IMG/VR virus record: IMGVR_UViG_3300020200_000038
Location: 1-54,815 of that record
Source: a virus
Lineage: Duplodnaviria > Caudoviricetes
DNA length: 54,815 nt
Reading direction: 5' to 3' (one strand)
Below are positions 1 to 10,070 of the stretch, piece by piece. Position 1 is the first letter of the stretch, and each line of letters begins with the position of its first letter. The position numbers and the translations under genes were made by a program. The notes under the pieces were generated by a model, which had not been told where the DNA came from, ran no database searches, and saw nothing but the letters and a program-made list of their open reading frames with translations.

Positions 1-131
1 GAAAGCTCGGTTGCCCAACCCCCGCTCCCGTCTGTCATTTTTAGGCGCCCAAAATATCCAGTGCCCTTGGGGGTGCCGTCGAGGCGGTACCCGTAGGGAG
101 CATGTTCTGTTACAAGACGGTTAATGGGCAT
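1..131 (-). CDS. 5' part of a virion/ejection-type gene running off the left edge (MPINRLVTEHAPYGYRLDGTPKGTGYFGRLKMTDGSGGWATEL...)
   Basis: ATG at 131 preceded by AAGAGA, just after the stop of the 1354-aa gene; frame open to position 1; not in the supplied ORF track. Confidence 0.7.
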   Translation of the reverse strand, partial: MPINRLVTEHAPYGYRLDGTPKGTGYFGRLKMTDGSGGWATEL

Positions 132-144
132 TCTATTTTCTCTT

Positions 145-3100
145 CTATTCTATATGCTCCAGTTGGTATAGTTGATCAATTATCTTAGCTGCATTGCGCT
201 CTGCTGGTGTAGGTTGATAAGGCTGATCCCCGAAATAATAGTCATTGTTATTCTGCCACCATCCTGGCTCGAACCTCGACCGCCATTGGTTAAGGGTATA
301 AGTACTGTTTTCTCTACTCTTATCGAGACGCTTTTTATACAGCTCCCCAATAGTCTGCGATTCGTGCCACCTGGTGCGCGCCCGTGGATGGATAATACCA
401 TTTCGTTTTTCGTCGACCAGTGCCTGGTCGATGGCTAGTGCCTGGTCGATGGCTTCAGTTATTAGCTCAACCGTACCTGGTGGAGTATTATACCGAATGG
501 GTCTTAGATAAGCGTCTATTGCATCGGCACTCTGGAATTCATTAGGATTCGTATGATGGATCCTGATGCCAGGCAGCCCGCTGTTACTGCTGTTATCGAG
601 ACGCTGTATGAGTCTGGATTCATTCTGCGGATCGATTGCCCACTGTACAGAGGCATCGCGGTCCGCCACGAGGCTCCGGCGGGCCGCCTCCGGCGTAGTG
701 AGATCTAAGTTATCACTATCTTGAATATTAATACTCGGTATGAGAGCAGTATCTAAGAAGAATTGATCTCTATCTTCTGGATCTACTTGTTTTAATATAT
801 TTTCAAAAAGAGCTAAAACCGCCTTATCAACTTGTTCGTTGTCTCCAAGAGCTGAAACCGCGTCTGCAGCCTGGGCGTCACTGATGGGTGATGCCCACTT
901 CAGAAACTTCCCAATCCTATCAGTGACCGATTCAATAATCCCTTGTCCACGTTCTTCCCGTTCTTCTTCATTTGTTATTCCATAGTCAACACTTCGTGCA
1001 ACTGCAGCGTTGCGTGGGGTGTTTGGTCCCCTACTCAACAGGAGTTCGTTCATACGAACCATATCACGTAGAACCTGTGGCTTCGATATGTATTTAGAGA
1101 AAGCACGCCCAGTCATATACACAGCACCGGTGATTACTAAGCCAGTGACACCCCAGTCCGGACCAGCAACCAAGGTCGACCCACCGTGGCCGACCAGATG
1201 GAAACCGGTCATGTATGAGGTGGCCGCTCTCACGCTAATCCCGCTAAGCATAACTCTACGCATTAAGAAGCCACTAACATCACTAGGTATATTTTTATAT
1301 ACAAGTTCACCAGTCTCAAGGAGATACTCTAGATCCTTTACCGTTACCTTTGACCCGGATGACTGTAGCATGTACTCTAGAAAGTTCCGGTTGTTGCTAC
1401 CCGCTCCTGTAGCTAAATTTACACTGGGGTCTAGTCCAAAGGCTTTTCTTACGGCGGCGGGGTTTAGAGTAAATACTTTCTTACCAGCCAGATGAGTGTC
1501 AGTCAGTGTAGGGCTTATGATCTTCTCGAAGAAAGCTCTAGTGGTATTTCGCATTATGCGTTGCTGTATTGTAGCAACAGTAGTCGTAGTATCCACAGCA
1601 TTCTGCACCCACTTATTTAGACCGATTGATGTACCATCATCTAATTTGTTAGCTTGTTCCATAAGCCATGTTCTGTCATTCGTACTTAAATGTAGGTCAT
1701 ATAGAGCTTGCTCGTGTTGTAATGCGTTCGCGTATTGTAACTCCACGTCCGCCTTCGATATAAATTGGCCTTTGTCGTTTGAGGCTTTTTGTATACCCAA
1801 TATAACGTCAGAATTGGGTTGACTGTTAGCTAACTTACGTAGGTCATCTGCAGTAATTGCCCTCTCGACAGATCCGACATCAACCGTCTGAAAGTTTCGC
1901 CACGCTGGTTGTGATTCGAAGTCGATTTCCAGCTGGTTACCGTTGATCTTTCGCACTTGACCGTAGCCGAACCTCTCATGGAACACGCGGCTATCCACCG
2001 CGAGTGGCTGTTTGGTAAAATAGTTAGTTAATCTGGCGCCTATACCGGGAGATACTATACCAAGACTTTGGCCGGTTTTTAACATAACATGCTTTATGTT
2101 TTTAAAGATTTCCGGTGACCCAGCAATAGCAGCAAAGGCTTGTAGCCGGGTTAGATCGAAATGGCCTTTATTTAACAGACTGTCCAGCCAAGTGTCGGGA
2201 TGTAAAAGGGATGATACGTCAAGCTGTTGGTGGGATTTTAGCCAATCGCCCAGATCATCTCCGAACATACTGCCACCAAATCCGGAAGGATAATTTTGGA
2301 CAAGCTTTTCAAGCGGGCCTTCAAATATAGCCTTACCTTGAGCATAAAAAGTATTAGCATCGGCTAATGCCTGTGCTGCCAGAAGGAGCTGTTCCTGTAC
2401 CGAAAGGGCCTTCTTGCCGCCGACCATATAATGCCTAATATTTTTTACCACAGTTGGCATGGGGCGGTCTGATGCACGTATAGCGCTGTCCATAAAACTA
2501 TTTATCGCAGTACGCACGGATTGTTTAAGCTTATAAAGCTCCATATACTCCGGACTTCCATACTGAATCTTTTTCCCTAGTTGGTCGGAAGCGTTAAATA
2601 CGTCATTAATTTCGTTTTGTAATTTCCGTACTTCTATGAAGGTTAATTTCCTAAGCTTACCTGTATTAGGATCGGGTATGATCTTTTTCAACCAGGGCTC
2701 TAGCCATTTTGTGTACGTATCAGGTTTAGCATCCTGCAGGGCTTTAAGTTCTTTATTAATAGCTCCAGTAGGGATTACTTCCTGATCTTTAAGTGCTTTG
2801 TGATTAGCTAGATCCCAAAATCTCTTATATTTGAATGCAGCGGTCTGATGGAATGCTTTCATACCATCTGATATGTTTTGGCTCAGAGCAAGAGTGAGCA
2901 TACCTAGATCTAGATCTGGAGATATATTTTTTAACAGATCTACAGTCTCCTGTCCTACCTGTTGGACAGCTTTTTCATAGGAGTCTCGCATGGGAGCGGA
3001 AAGAATAGGTACCAGGCCAGCTATCTTTCTCCAGTATTTGGGAATCCAGGAATTAGTAGCCATTGTATTAAGCTCAACATTAGTAGCCTCAGCAAGACGG

Positions 3101-4209
3101 ACGACATGCTCAACATCCTTTGGATCGGTACCTATGGTGAGTAGAACTCTATTAAGAAACAGTCGGCCACCCGCGCCGAAACTCCATAATACTACAGCAG
3201 TACCCGCACCATATAGCGTTTCGTTTGCTGCGGTATTTGCGAGAGTTTGTATTTCGGCGCGTATTTCTTGTCCTAGCTGGTTATACCAAGCTACTGCTTT
3301 TGGATCATTGTAATCGATCTCCATTTCACTCCAGTCGTTATACATGTTTTCAAGACCTTTAAGATGCTTCTCGAACCACAGAACGTTATCATGAACTGCT
3401 CTACCGCCCACTGCACCTAAAACATCTCGCGAGAGATCTGGTATAATCCGCCACACACCCCTGGAGCTACCACCATGCCACACTTTCCACAAATGGTTTC
3501 GGACAGCATTACTACCAGCTGTCGCCATCTTAGAAATCCAAACTATCGGAAAGATTTCGTCCATCATCTTTCCGATAGGTTGACCTGCTTCGTACGCCCA
3601 GCCCATCGCCCTGGTCGCGGGCAACGGGCTCTTCGAGGCGGTGCGGGCGGCGGCGTCGATGGCTAGTTTCATCGCCGAGGCGGTAGGTGGGGGTTTAAGT
3701 GGAAACATTATATGGGCAAGCCCGGCTCCTCCCATCTGCGCCAACTCGGCCGAACTGAATAATGGATCCCCCGAGTTCTTTCTGGGCAGTTCCATCATCC
3801 TTATTACTGCTTCGACGTGTTCGAGATTCATATTAAAAGGGTCTATTCCCTCTTTCTGCGCAATCTCCACTGCCCAGTTGGAGTTACTAGTTTCATCCGA
3901 AGATAATGGGATTTGTGCCCATGGGGTCAGTTGAGAGGAATAGAGTTGAAAAAGGGCCAGAACGAAATCGTTAGGAGTTTTACCCAATTTTCTCAGACGG
4001 TGAACGAGGTCGGTCGATGTCATGTTCTCGCTCTCGCTCTTGCGGGTACGGTGCTCAGTCGCGGCACCCCCAACTTTAGCTATGGTTGTTGCCCTCGCTG
4101 TGAGCATGTCGTCCGGCTTGCGCGGGGTATCCGAGGTATCTACTGGTGGGGTATCCGGGGTATCTACTGGTGGGTTATACTTGTTCCACGTCTCCACTAT
4201 GTCAATCAT
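145..4209 (-). CDS. large internal virion / DNA ejection protein (1354 aa)
   Basis: Long ORF downstream of the tail genes, where podophage ejection proteins lie; Ala/Gly-rich hydrophobic segments. Confidence 0.65.
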   Translation of the reverse strand: MIDIVETWNKYNPPVDTPDTPPVDTSDTPRKPDDMLTARATTIAKVGGAATEHRTRKSESENMTSTDLVHRLRKLGKTPNDFVLALFQLYSSQLTPWAQIPLSSDETSNSNWAVEIAQKEGIDPFNMNLEHVEAVIRMMELPRKNSGDPLFSSAELAQMGGAGLAHIMFPLKPPPTASAMKLAIDAAARTASKSPLPATRAMGWAYEAGQPIGKMMDEIFPIVWISKMATAGSNAVRNHLWKVWHGGSSRGVWRIIPDLSRDVLGAVGGRAVHDNVLWFEKHLKGLENMYNDWSEMEIDYNDPKAVAWYNQLGQEIRAEIQTLANTAANETLYGAGTAVVLWSFGAGGRLFLNRVLLTIGTDPKDVEHVVRLAEATNVELNTMATNSWIPKYWRKIAGLVPILSAPMRDSYEKAVQQVGQETVDLLKNISPDLDLGMLTLALSQNISDGMKAFHQTAAFKYKRFWDLANHKALKDQEVIPTGAINKELKALQDAKPDTYTKWLEPWLKKIIPDPNTGKLRKLTFIEVRKLQNEINDVFNASDQLGKKIQYGSPEYMELYKLKQSVRTAINSFMDSAIRASDRPMPTVVKNIRHYMVGGKKALSVQEQLLLAAQALADANTFYAQGKAIFEGPLEKLVQNYPSGFGGSMFGDDLGDWLKSHQQLDVSSLLHPDTWLDSLLNKGHFDLTRLQAFAAIAGSPEIFKNIKHVMLKTGQSLGIVSPGIGARLTNYFTKQPLAVDSRVFHERFGYGQVRKINGNQLEIDFESQPAWRNFQTVDVGSVERAITADDLRKLANSQPNSDVILGIQKASNDKGQFISKADVELQYANALQHEQALYDLHLSTNDRTWLMEQANKLDDGTSIGLNKWVQNAVDTTTTVATIQQRIMRNTTRAFFEKIISPTLTDTHLAGKKVFTLNPAAVRKAFGLDPSVNLATGAGSNNRNFLEYMLQSSGSKVTVKDLEYLLETGELVYKNIPSDVSGFLMRRVMLSGISVRAATSYMTGFHLVGHGGSTLVAGPDWGVTGLVITGAVYMTGRAFSKYISKPQVLRDMVRMNELLLSRGPNTPRNAAVARSVDYGITNEEEREERGQGIIESVTDRIGKFLKWASPISDAQAADAVSALGDNEQVDKAVLALFENILKQVDPEDRDQFFLDTALIPSINIQDSDNLDLTTPEAARRSLVADRDASVQWAIDPQNESRLIQRLDNSSNSGLPGIRIHHTNPNEFQSADAIDAYLRPIRYNTPPGTVELITEAIDQALAIDQALVDEKRNGIIHPRARTRWHESQTIGELYKKRLDKSRENSTYTLNQWRSRFEPGWWQNNNDYYFGDQPYQPTPAERNAAKIIDQLYQLEHIE
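412..453. repeat. 18-bp tandem duplication (AIDQAL x2)
   Basis: agtgcctggtcgatggct repeated. Confidence 0.8.
4123..4173. repeat. 24-bp tandem duplication (PPVDTxDT x2)
   Basis: ggggtatccgRggtatctactggt twice. Confidence 0.85.
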
Positions 4210-4246
4210 AGTACAACCTTTGCACTGAATGAATTTAAGTCTGTCA

Positions 4247-6175
4247 TTAGTTATTACCTTCCTGATTTTTTTGTATTATAGAATAAATTTCCTTCTGCAT
4301 CTTATCCCAGGTGGAAAGATTCTGTTCGTCTACAATGTATATAATATCTACTAGGGCACTTGGTGAAATGGAGTTTTCGCCGGCCATGCTTTCAATAATC
4401 TCTACTAGGAACTGTTGTGACTCGGGGGTTATACTGAATAGATCTATCGTGGTGTCCGGCATACTCGTTTGGAGATGGCTGGCAATCAACTTGATGAAGT
4501 TAGGTGGTAATATTGGAGTAAGCGCCGATAGCAACTTTTTATCCCTATCATCATTTTCGTAATTTTCCAAATTTAAATTGAATTCCCGCAAAACTCCACG
4601 CAGACCCGCCAAAGCACTCGTTTTGTCTTGGAATAAATTTACTGCAGCTCTTGCGATCCTCAATTGATCTACGTTTAGTCGTTGACCAAATTGCCGAATA
4701 TTGGCGAGAATAGAAACAATAGCATTTACCATAACCTCTGACTCAGCAATCTTCGTATTAAATTTAACGGTATAGACACCGGTATAATCCTCAATGTTTT
4801 CAATGAGATTATCCCATTCCGTAAGTTCGTGTAAGTATTCGGCTTTTGTTTTGGCGTCCATGGATTCATCATCATTCACGCCCTTACGTACCGCTTCTAT
4901 GATAGCCGTTGCTTCGTTATACTTCTCCTCGACCGATTTATTGTCATCCTCAATACCTAGCCACTCCGCTTGGAAGTTCGTACCGGGGCCCGTGAAAGTA
5001 TCCAGCAGGTTCGCAACTTGAGATACAAACACCTGAGCGGTTTTTTGAACAACTCGCGTCCACCCGGTAGGGATAGTATCGTTGTCAATACCAGCAATAA
5101 GATCATTAACAGTTGATATACCATTTAAAATAGAATCGACCATGGCTTGCTGGTTGCGCGAATACTCCGCATCCACAGGGTTTAGTTCGTCTAGAATACT
5201 AACTGGTACCTCCACGTCAAGATCTAATGGAAACGGACACAAATATGAAGCAGCATCTTTTACTCTGCTACACATCATCTGTGTCCCTTTTTCTACCTTA
5301 AAAATGGTATGCCCGTCTGGTGTATCGGCATTAAACGATGTTCTAAATGCGACAAGCTTGCTCGCATCTAATTGTCGTGGCGGTGTGCCGTATTGACTCG
5401 CAAATTGGGCTAGTTGCATGATAGCTGCTTGAGGTAGTCCCTGGTTGCGCAGGGCTAAAGCGTTGAAAAGTATCCGGAGGTTATTGGTTCCCGATCCCGC
5501 GAAGTTATTGGTTCCCGATCCCGCGAAGTTATTGGTTCCCGATCCCGTCATGGCCGCCGTTACTGCAGCCAAGTCATTAGAACTAAGGTTGCCATTCTTC
5601 CCCAGCTCCGCCATTACATCTTCAAGCATACGGAAAAACAGCTCATCATACGGATCGGACTTTCCTGTGGATTTTGGTAGCCAATTAATTTGATACTCAG
5701 CTATAGCCTGGTAGTCCCCCCGCACCAGCATCGGCCAAAGCTCTTTCTGTTGCGGTATGGGGATGGATGGCCAATTGTCAATCACGAGCTGCCGTATGTT
5801 ATTTGCCATATCGTCGGGGTTGGGGTCAAACTGGATAGCAACTCCCTCATCGTCGCCCGCCGTCGCCGTGAGCCGGTACAAGTCCCCAACAGGTATACCA
5901 TTCAGTGCTGCGTACCAGGCTACCTGCTCCCGAAATTCCCCAGGAATGTGTGAAAGTGCTGGTATATAACTCTTGGCTTTTTCTTGCAGGCCGCGCTGTT
6001 CCGTCTCCTCTTTGAACTTATTTTTCTCCTTCTCTATGATCAGTGCCGTCCGAATATCAGCAGCTTCCTCCTCAGCGGCCTGAAGCTTAGCTTGTTCTGC
6101 TGCACGCTGTTCTTCACGCTGCGTATTAGCAGCATTTAGAAAACCTGTTCCAAATCCAAGTAGAAAACTAGACAT
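4247..6175 (-). CDS. internal virion / ejection protein (642 aa)
   Basis: N-terminal FLLGFGTGF followed by a coiled coil; position in the ejection gene block. Confidence 0.6.
   Translation of the reverse strand: MSSFLLGFGTGFLNAANTQREEQRAAEQAKLQAAEEEAADIRTALIIEKEKNKFKEETEQRGLQEKAKSYIPALSHIPGEFREQVAWYAALNGIPVGDLYRLTATAGDDEGVAIQFDPNPDDMANNIRQLVIDNWPSIPIPQQKELWPMLVRGDYQAIAEYQINWLPKSTGKSDPYDELFFRMLEDVMAELGKNGNLSSNDLAAVTAAMTGSGTNNFAGSGTNNFAGSGTNNLRILFNALALRNQGLPQAAIMQLAQFASQYGTPPRQLDASKLVAFRTSFNADTPDGHTIFKVEKGTQMMCSRVKDAASYLCPFPLDLDVEVPVSILDELNPVDAEYSRNQQAMVDSILNGISTVNDLIAGIDNDTIPTGWTRVVQKTAQVFVSQVANLLDTFTGPGTNFQAEWLGIEDDNKSVEEKYNEATAIIEAVRKGVNDDESMDAKTKAEYLHELTEWDNLIENIEDYTGVYTVKFNTKIAESEVMVNAIVSILANIRQFGQRLNVDQLRIARAAVNLFQDKTSALAGLRGVLREFNLNLENYENDDRDKKLLSALTPILPPNFIKLIASHLQTSMPDTTIDLFSITPESQQFLVEIIESMAGENSISPSALVDIIYIVDEQNLSTWDKMQKEIYSIIQKNQEGNN
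5480..5547. repeat. 24-bp tandem repeat, about 2.8 copies (GSGTNNFA)
   Basis: gttattggttcccgatcccgcgaa repeated. Confidence 0.9.
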
Positions 6176-6806
6176 TTTCAGGGCGCTCCATAATACTTAG
6201 TTTTTCAGACTTTTTAGAAGGGGGCGGTACAGGGCGATAGGGTGTAGAGCTAAGAGTCATTCTAGCTCCCATAATAGCAGCCTCATTTCCACGCTTCTTC
6301 AAGCCAATTTTCATATTTTTAATATCGGCAGCCTTGCCCAGAGCAACAACCATAGCTAGAGTTGGGCGAGCCATTAATAGAGCTACATCTGGAGTCCACT
6401 TTCCTCCAGCAAAGCCTGCGAATAATACAGTTTTAGTAATAGCTTCAGCTGGTACACCGTGCTTAAGTAGTGTTAAGAGTTTTGTTATATGGGGCTTCGT
6501 TAGTAACTGACCATACGTGTAATTTAATGCTTTACGAACGTCTGTAAACTGTGGGGGATGTTCCCAAGCAGCATTACCAGGGCTATCTGTTAGTGACTGT
6601 CCAGGAATAGCTGCATTGAACTCATTAAAATTGTTGAGCTCCGGTAGATTGAGATTCTGTAGCCGATCACTATCCATTCTCTTTATACCCGGCCTTGTCC
6701 AGGGTCCAGGCTTACCAATGCGTATTACAGAAGGTTCACTACTGTGTGGCCTGTTTGTTCGGCGATGGCCACCCCCAAGAGTATTAGTTTCTGATTCGAT
6801 TAGCAT
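6168..6806 (-). CDS. conserved virion-module protein (alternative start at 6677)
   Basis: IPGQSLT...WEHPPQF motif of the kind seen in podophage structural modules. Confidence 0.6.
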   Translation of the reverse strand: MLIESETNTLGGGHRRTNRPHSSEPSVIRIGKPGPWTRPGIKRMDSDRLQNLNLPELNNFNEFNAAIPGQSLTDSPGNAAWEHPPQFTDVRKALNYTYGQLLTKPHITKLLTLLKHGVPAEAITKTVLFAGFAGGKWTPDVALLMARPTLAMVVALGKAADIKNMKIGLKKRGNEAAIMGARMTLSSTPYRPVPPPSKKSEKLSIMERPENV

Positions 6807-6879
6807 TTATACACTTCTCCCTAATGAATTCTGTATTATGTTTACCTGATGCATTGTGATTATCCATATTGATCGTCGA

Positions 6880-7233
6880 TTAATAAAGCTGTTGAGTCCT
6901 ATGTTTGTACTCATATTCTCCTGCAAGAATCGATAGTCGAGCTTTCCATTCCGCATATATTCTTTCAATATCAACTGACGGAGAAATACCTTTTTCCATT
7001 CCCCCGGTGATTGATCCTGGTTCAAACGATGCATAAAGGTTTAGTGGGATTACGGATGTGCGTAACCCTCTCCGATCCCTACGATTCATAATACTCGGAG
7101 ATTGTGACCTCTTGTCTAGGGTTGCAATACCAGCCTTGCCTATATTCTTGAAAATACTGTCCCCGTCAAAGATATCAACGACAGACTTAATCGTATCAGT
7201 TAGAAAATCAAAAGCTGTAGAGAATAATGACAT
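6880..7233 (-). CDS. hypothetical virion-module protein
   Basis: ORF in operon orientation with RBS-like GGGA. Confidence 0.55.
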   Translation of the reverse strand: MSLFSTAFDFLTDTIKSVVDIFDGDSIFKNIGKAGIATLDKRSQSPSIMNRRDRRGLRTSVIPLNLYASFEPGSITGGMEKGISPSVDIERIYAEWKARLSILAGEYEYKHRTQQLY

Positions 7234-7251
7234 GGTTATTTCCCGTTTGTG

Positions 7252-8643
7252 CTACTTACTGCCAAATAATAAATTAAAGGCAAATTGTCCAAGCATTTCG
7301 AAAAACACTTGTTTATTTTGCTTATCTAGAAAATCAAACTCAAAATCTCTTTCAATAGCTGCCATGGTAATGTTTTGGGCACGATTCTTGTTATTCTCGG
7401 ATGTCATAATAGCCCATGAAGCTTCATCCCTGAACTGTTGCCAGATATTGGCTAGTGCTTGTGTTGAAAGATTATAGAGATTTTCTACATTAGCAGCATT
7501 GGCTGCATTAACAGCGGCCGTATCAGCTGTATTGATAGCTCTACGCCAAGCAGTATTACTTTGATCAATTACTAGTTGATTTGATGTATTAAATTGCTCA
7601 CGAGTAGTAGCTAAATTACTATTAAATTGGGCTAGAGCATCAGCTTGTTGAGCATTAAATTGCGCCATACCTGTTTGCATTTGTGCGTTCTGTGTGGAGA
7701 TGGTAGATGCTAGATTTGTGAAGAATTGGTCGTGCTGTTGTTGGTTAGCAGCATTGAACTGCCTAGCAGCATTCAGTGCAGCTTGATCTGACAGAAGGGT
7801 CTGAGAGATAGCCTGCATATTGATCATGGCAGCTTGTTGGCTATTGTTAAGATTAGACACATCCATATCAAAAAACTTTTGAGCATTTAGAACAGCAGCT
7901 TGTTGTTTATTAGTAAGATTTTGTATATCCAGTTGAGCCAAAGAACTTGCTCTTAACATAGCTACTTGCTGTTTGTTAGTGAGATTGGCCAATGTCATAG
8001 TTTCGAAGAGTTTGGCATCTTGTTGTGCTATAGGGAGGGCGGCTTGCATAATAGCCATACTAACAGCTTCACCGGCCATTGTACTAGCTGATACTCCACG
8101 AGCAGCCATACTAGCTTCGGCTTCTCTAATTGCTCCAGCAGCCCATCCAGGATACTCCCCAGGAACGAAATTCATCAACTGCTCATATTGATAACGAACC
8201 AGTGAACGAGGATCAACTTCTGCTTGAACAGCTTGTCCAATACCACCAGCAGCATCAAATGCCTCTAGTGTTTGTGCTGTTTGTGCCTGAACCTTAGAAG
8301 AATCTGTCACTTGTTTTTGGGCGGCCTGCACCTGTGGTGTTTGGTCGACTACAGCACTAGCAGTATATCCCGTAGGTTGGGTTTGAAATGGTAGTTGTGC
8401 TTTTACAGCTGTTCCGGGAGATGGGGAAACTTGATATGCTAATGGATTAATAGGCTGTTGTTGCATTAATTCTTCTGGTCGGAGCTGCGTAAAGACAGGA
8501 ACCGCAGCAGTCCCAGCAGGCAGTGCTGGGGAGTTAACCAACTCGCCCATCTGATCTAATACAGATACTTTATTTGGGTTTTGATTTGGGTCTTGATTTG
8601 GGTCTTGTTGATTAATAATTGTGTTAACATTAGGAATTGTCAT
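7252..8643 (-). CDS. Gln/Asn/Ala-rich internal virion (ejection/pilot-like) protein
   Basis: Repeated QFNA/NQQQ motifs; follows the tail fibre block. Confidence 0.7.
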   Translation of the reverse strand: MTIPNVNTIINQQDPNQDPNQNPNKVSVLDQMGELVNSPALPAGTAAVPVFTQLRPEELMQQQPINPLAYQVSPSPGTAVKAQLPFQTQPTGYTASAVVDQTPQVQAAQKQVTDSSKVQAQTAQTLEAFDAAGGIGQAVQAEVDPRSLVRYQYEQLMNFVPGEYPGWAAGAIREAEASMAARGVSASTMAGEAVSMAIMQAALPIAQQDAKLFETMTLANLTNKQQVAMLRASSLAQLDIQNLTNKQQAAVLNAQKFFDMDVSNLNNSQQAAMINMQAISQTLLSDQAALNAARQFNAANQQQHDQFFTNLASTISTQNAQMQTGMAQFNAQQADALAQFNSNLATTREQFNTSNQLVIDQSNTAWRRAINTADTAAVNAANAANVENLYNLSTQALANIWQQFRDEASWAIMTSENNKNRAQNITMAAIERDFEFDFLDKQNKQVFFEMLGQFAFNLLFGSK

Positions 8644-8738
8644 TAGTTTTTATCCATTATTAATATCGTATTCCAGCACCGTCGAAACTTACGACAGCAA
8701 TGCATCCAACCCCAACGATGGTCTCAAGGGTTTTCTAC

Positions 8739-9113
8739 TTAAACTAGATCCTTTCTTACCCATGAAAGAGTTGCTTCATCCCATTGGTAATGCTCACCAT
8801 CAACAGGATAGGAAACAGGTGCATTCCAAAAACAGGTGTTTTCATCTAATATCCAGGATGCAAACGGTTTTGGAGGAATGAACGTATTACGATCCACATC
8901 GTATGTGTAACCAATCCCCGCATAATTCTTGCGGAACGGTATGCCGCCATTAGAATGAACACCACCGTGGGTATTATATGAGGTGCGCTTACATGGTTGA
9001 CCTCGGAATGCGCTATAATGCGCTTCCCAATCGATCCCTTCTTCACCTTCATTTTTGCCGACAATCACTTCAGTAACAATGCTGTTTTCATTAAGAAATG
9101 CATAATGTGCCAT
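8739..9113 (-). CDS. tail-fibre-associated small protein
   Basis: MAHYAF...TSYNT...RKNYAGIGYTYD...FIPPKPFASW...W pattern, typically found next to Gly-rich fibre genes. Confidence 0.7.
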   Translation of the reverse strand: MAHYAFLNENSIVTEVIVGKNEGEEGIDWEAHYSAFRGQPCKRTSYNTHGGVHSNGGIPFRKNYAGIGYTYDVDRNTFIPPKPFASWILDENTCFWNAPVSYPVDGEHYQWDEATLSWVRKDLV

Positions 9114-9125
9114 TATTAACTCCTG

Positions 9126-10070
9126 TTAACTCCAAGAAACATTACCTGTGCCAGCGGTGAATATGGTTATTTTAGAATTGCCAGAAGTAGATGTGGAGTA
9201 AGTCAGACCACCGCCCGGATTGGAGATGGTAAAGGTATTAGGATATTGAATGATAACCACCCCTGAACCGCCAGACCCTCCAATGCTACTGGCAACTCCT
9301 GATGCTCCACCACCGCCACCTCCGGTATTTACTGAGCCAGAACTTCCATTGCCAGTACTGGAACCATTGCCACCGCCACCAGCACCACCAAGTCCGGCGG
9401 CTGCGTTCCCCGATGTCGTATTTCCACCACCACCACCACCGCCAGCCCTGGTCACGGAAGAACCGGTAATGGATGACGCGGTGCCAGCTCCACCAACACC
9501 GCCAGAGCTTGTGGTACCGTCCGCTCCTGCTGCACTAGCACCACCTCCTCCACCACCTCCATTATTATCTCCAGAGGTAAAGCCCTTACCGCCGGCAGAT
9601 CCTTCAGCTGGAGAGTATCCGCCAGAGTTGCCTGCCCCGCCAGCGCCGTGGTCCCACGAACCGCCTCCGGAACCGCCAGAAAACCCATCATATTCTCCAG
9701 TCGGCCTGTTCGGACCTCTTCCACCACCTGACGAAGTTGTCGTCGCAAAAACAGAATTGCTACCTTGCGTACTATTAGTCCCGCCTGCCCCTACAGTAAC
9801 GACGTAATTAGTAGATGGGACTATAGATTGAGAAGTAAATGACCGGTAACCACCAGCACCACCGGCACCCATACCCCACTGTGTAAAGACGCCGTTTGTT
9901 CCACCACCACCACCACCTGCTACAACAAGGTAATCTGCGAGAAAAGAAGAAAGAGGCCAATTGCCTGCCTGTCGTGCTTTGGATTGCTCTTGCAAACCCC
10001 ACACCCCAGAAGCGCTGGTGGTGGTTGGATTGTTTGCTACTCCAATAATTCCACCATTCCAACGTACCAT
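9126..10070 (-). CDS. glycine-rich tail fibre/receptor-binding-type protein
   Basis: YLVVAGGGGGG...GGSGVVII Gly-rich domain; likely start ATG 10070 overlaps the upstream stop (TAATG). Confidence 0.7.
   Translation of the reverse strand: MVRWNGGIIGVANNPTTTSASGVWGLQEQSKARQAGNWPLSSFLADYLVVAGGGGGGTNGVFTQWGMGAGGAGGYRSFTSQSIVPSTNYVVTVGAGGTNSTQGSNSVFATTTSSGGGRGPNRPTGEYDGFSGGSGGGSWDHGAGGAGNSGGYSPAEGSAGGKGFTSGDNNGGGGGGGASAAGADGTTSSGGVGGAGTASSITGSSVTRAGGGGGGGNTTSGNAAAGLGGAGGGGNGSSTGNGSSGSVNTGGGGGGASGVASSIGGSGGSGVVIIQYPNTFTISNPGGGLTYSTSTSGNSKITIFTAGTGNVSWS

Noticed and set aside
9250-9807. Pro-rich plus-strand ORF
   Set aside because: Antisense shadow of the Gly-rich gene.
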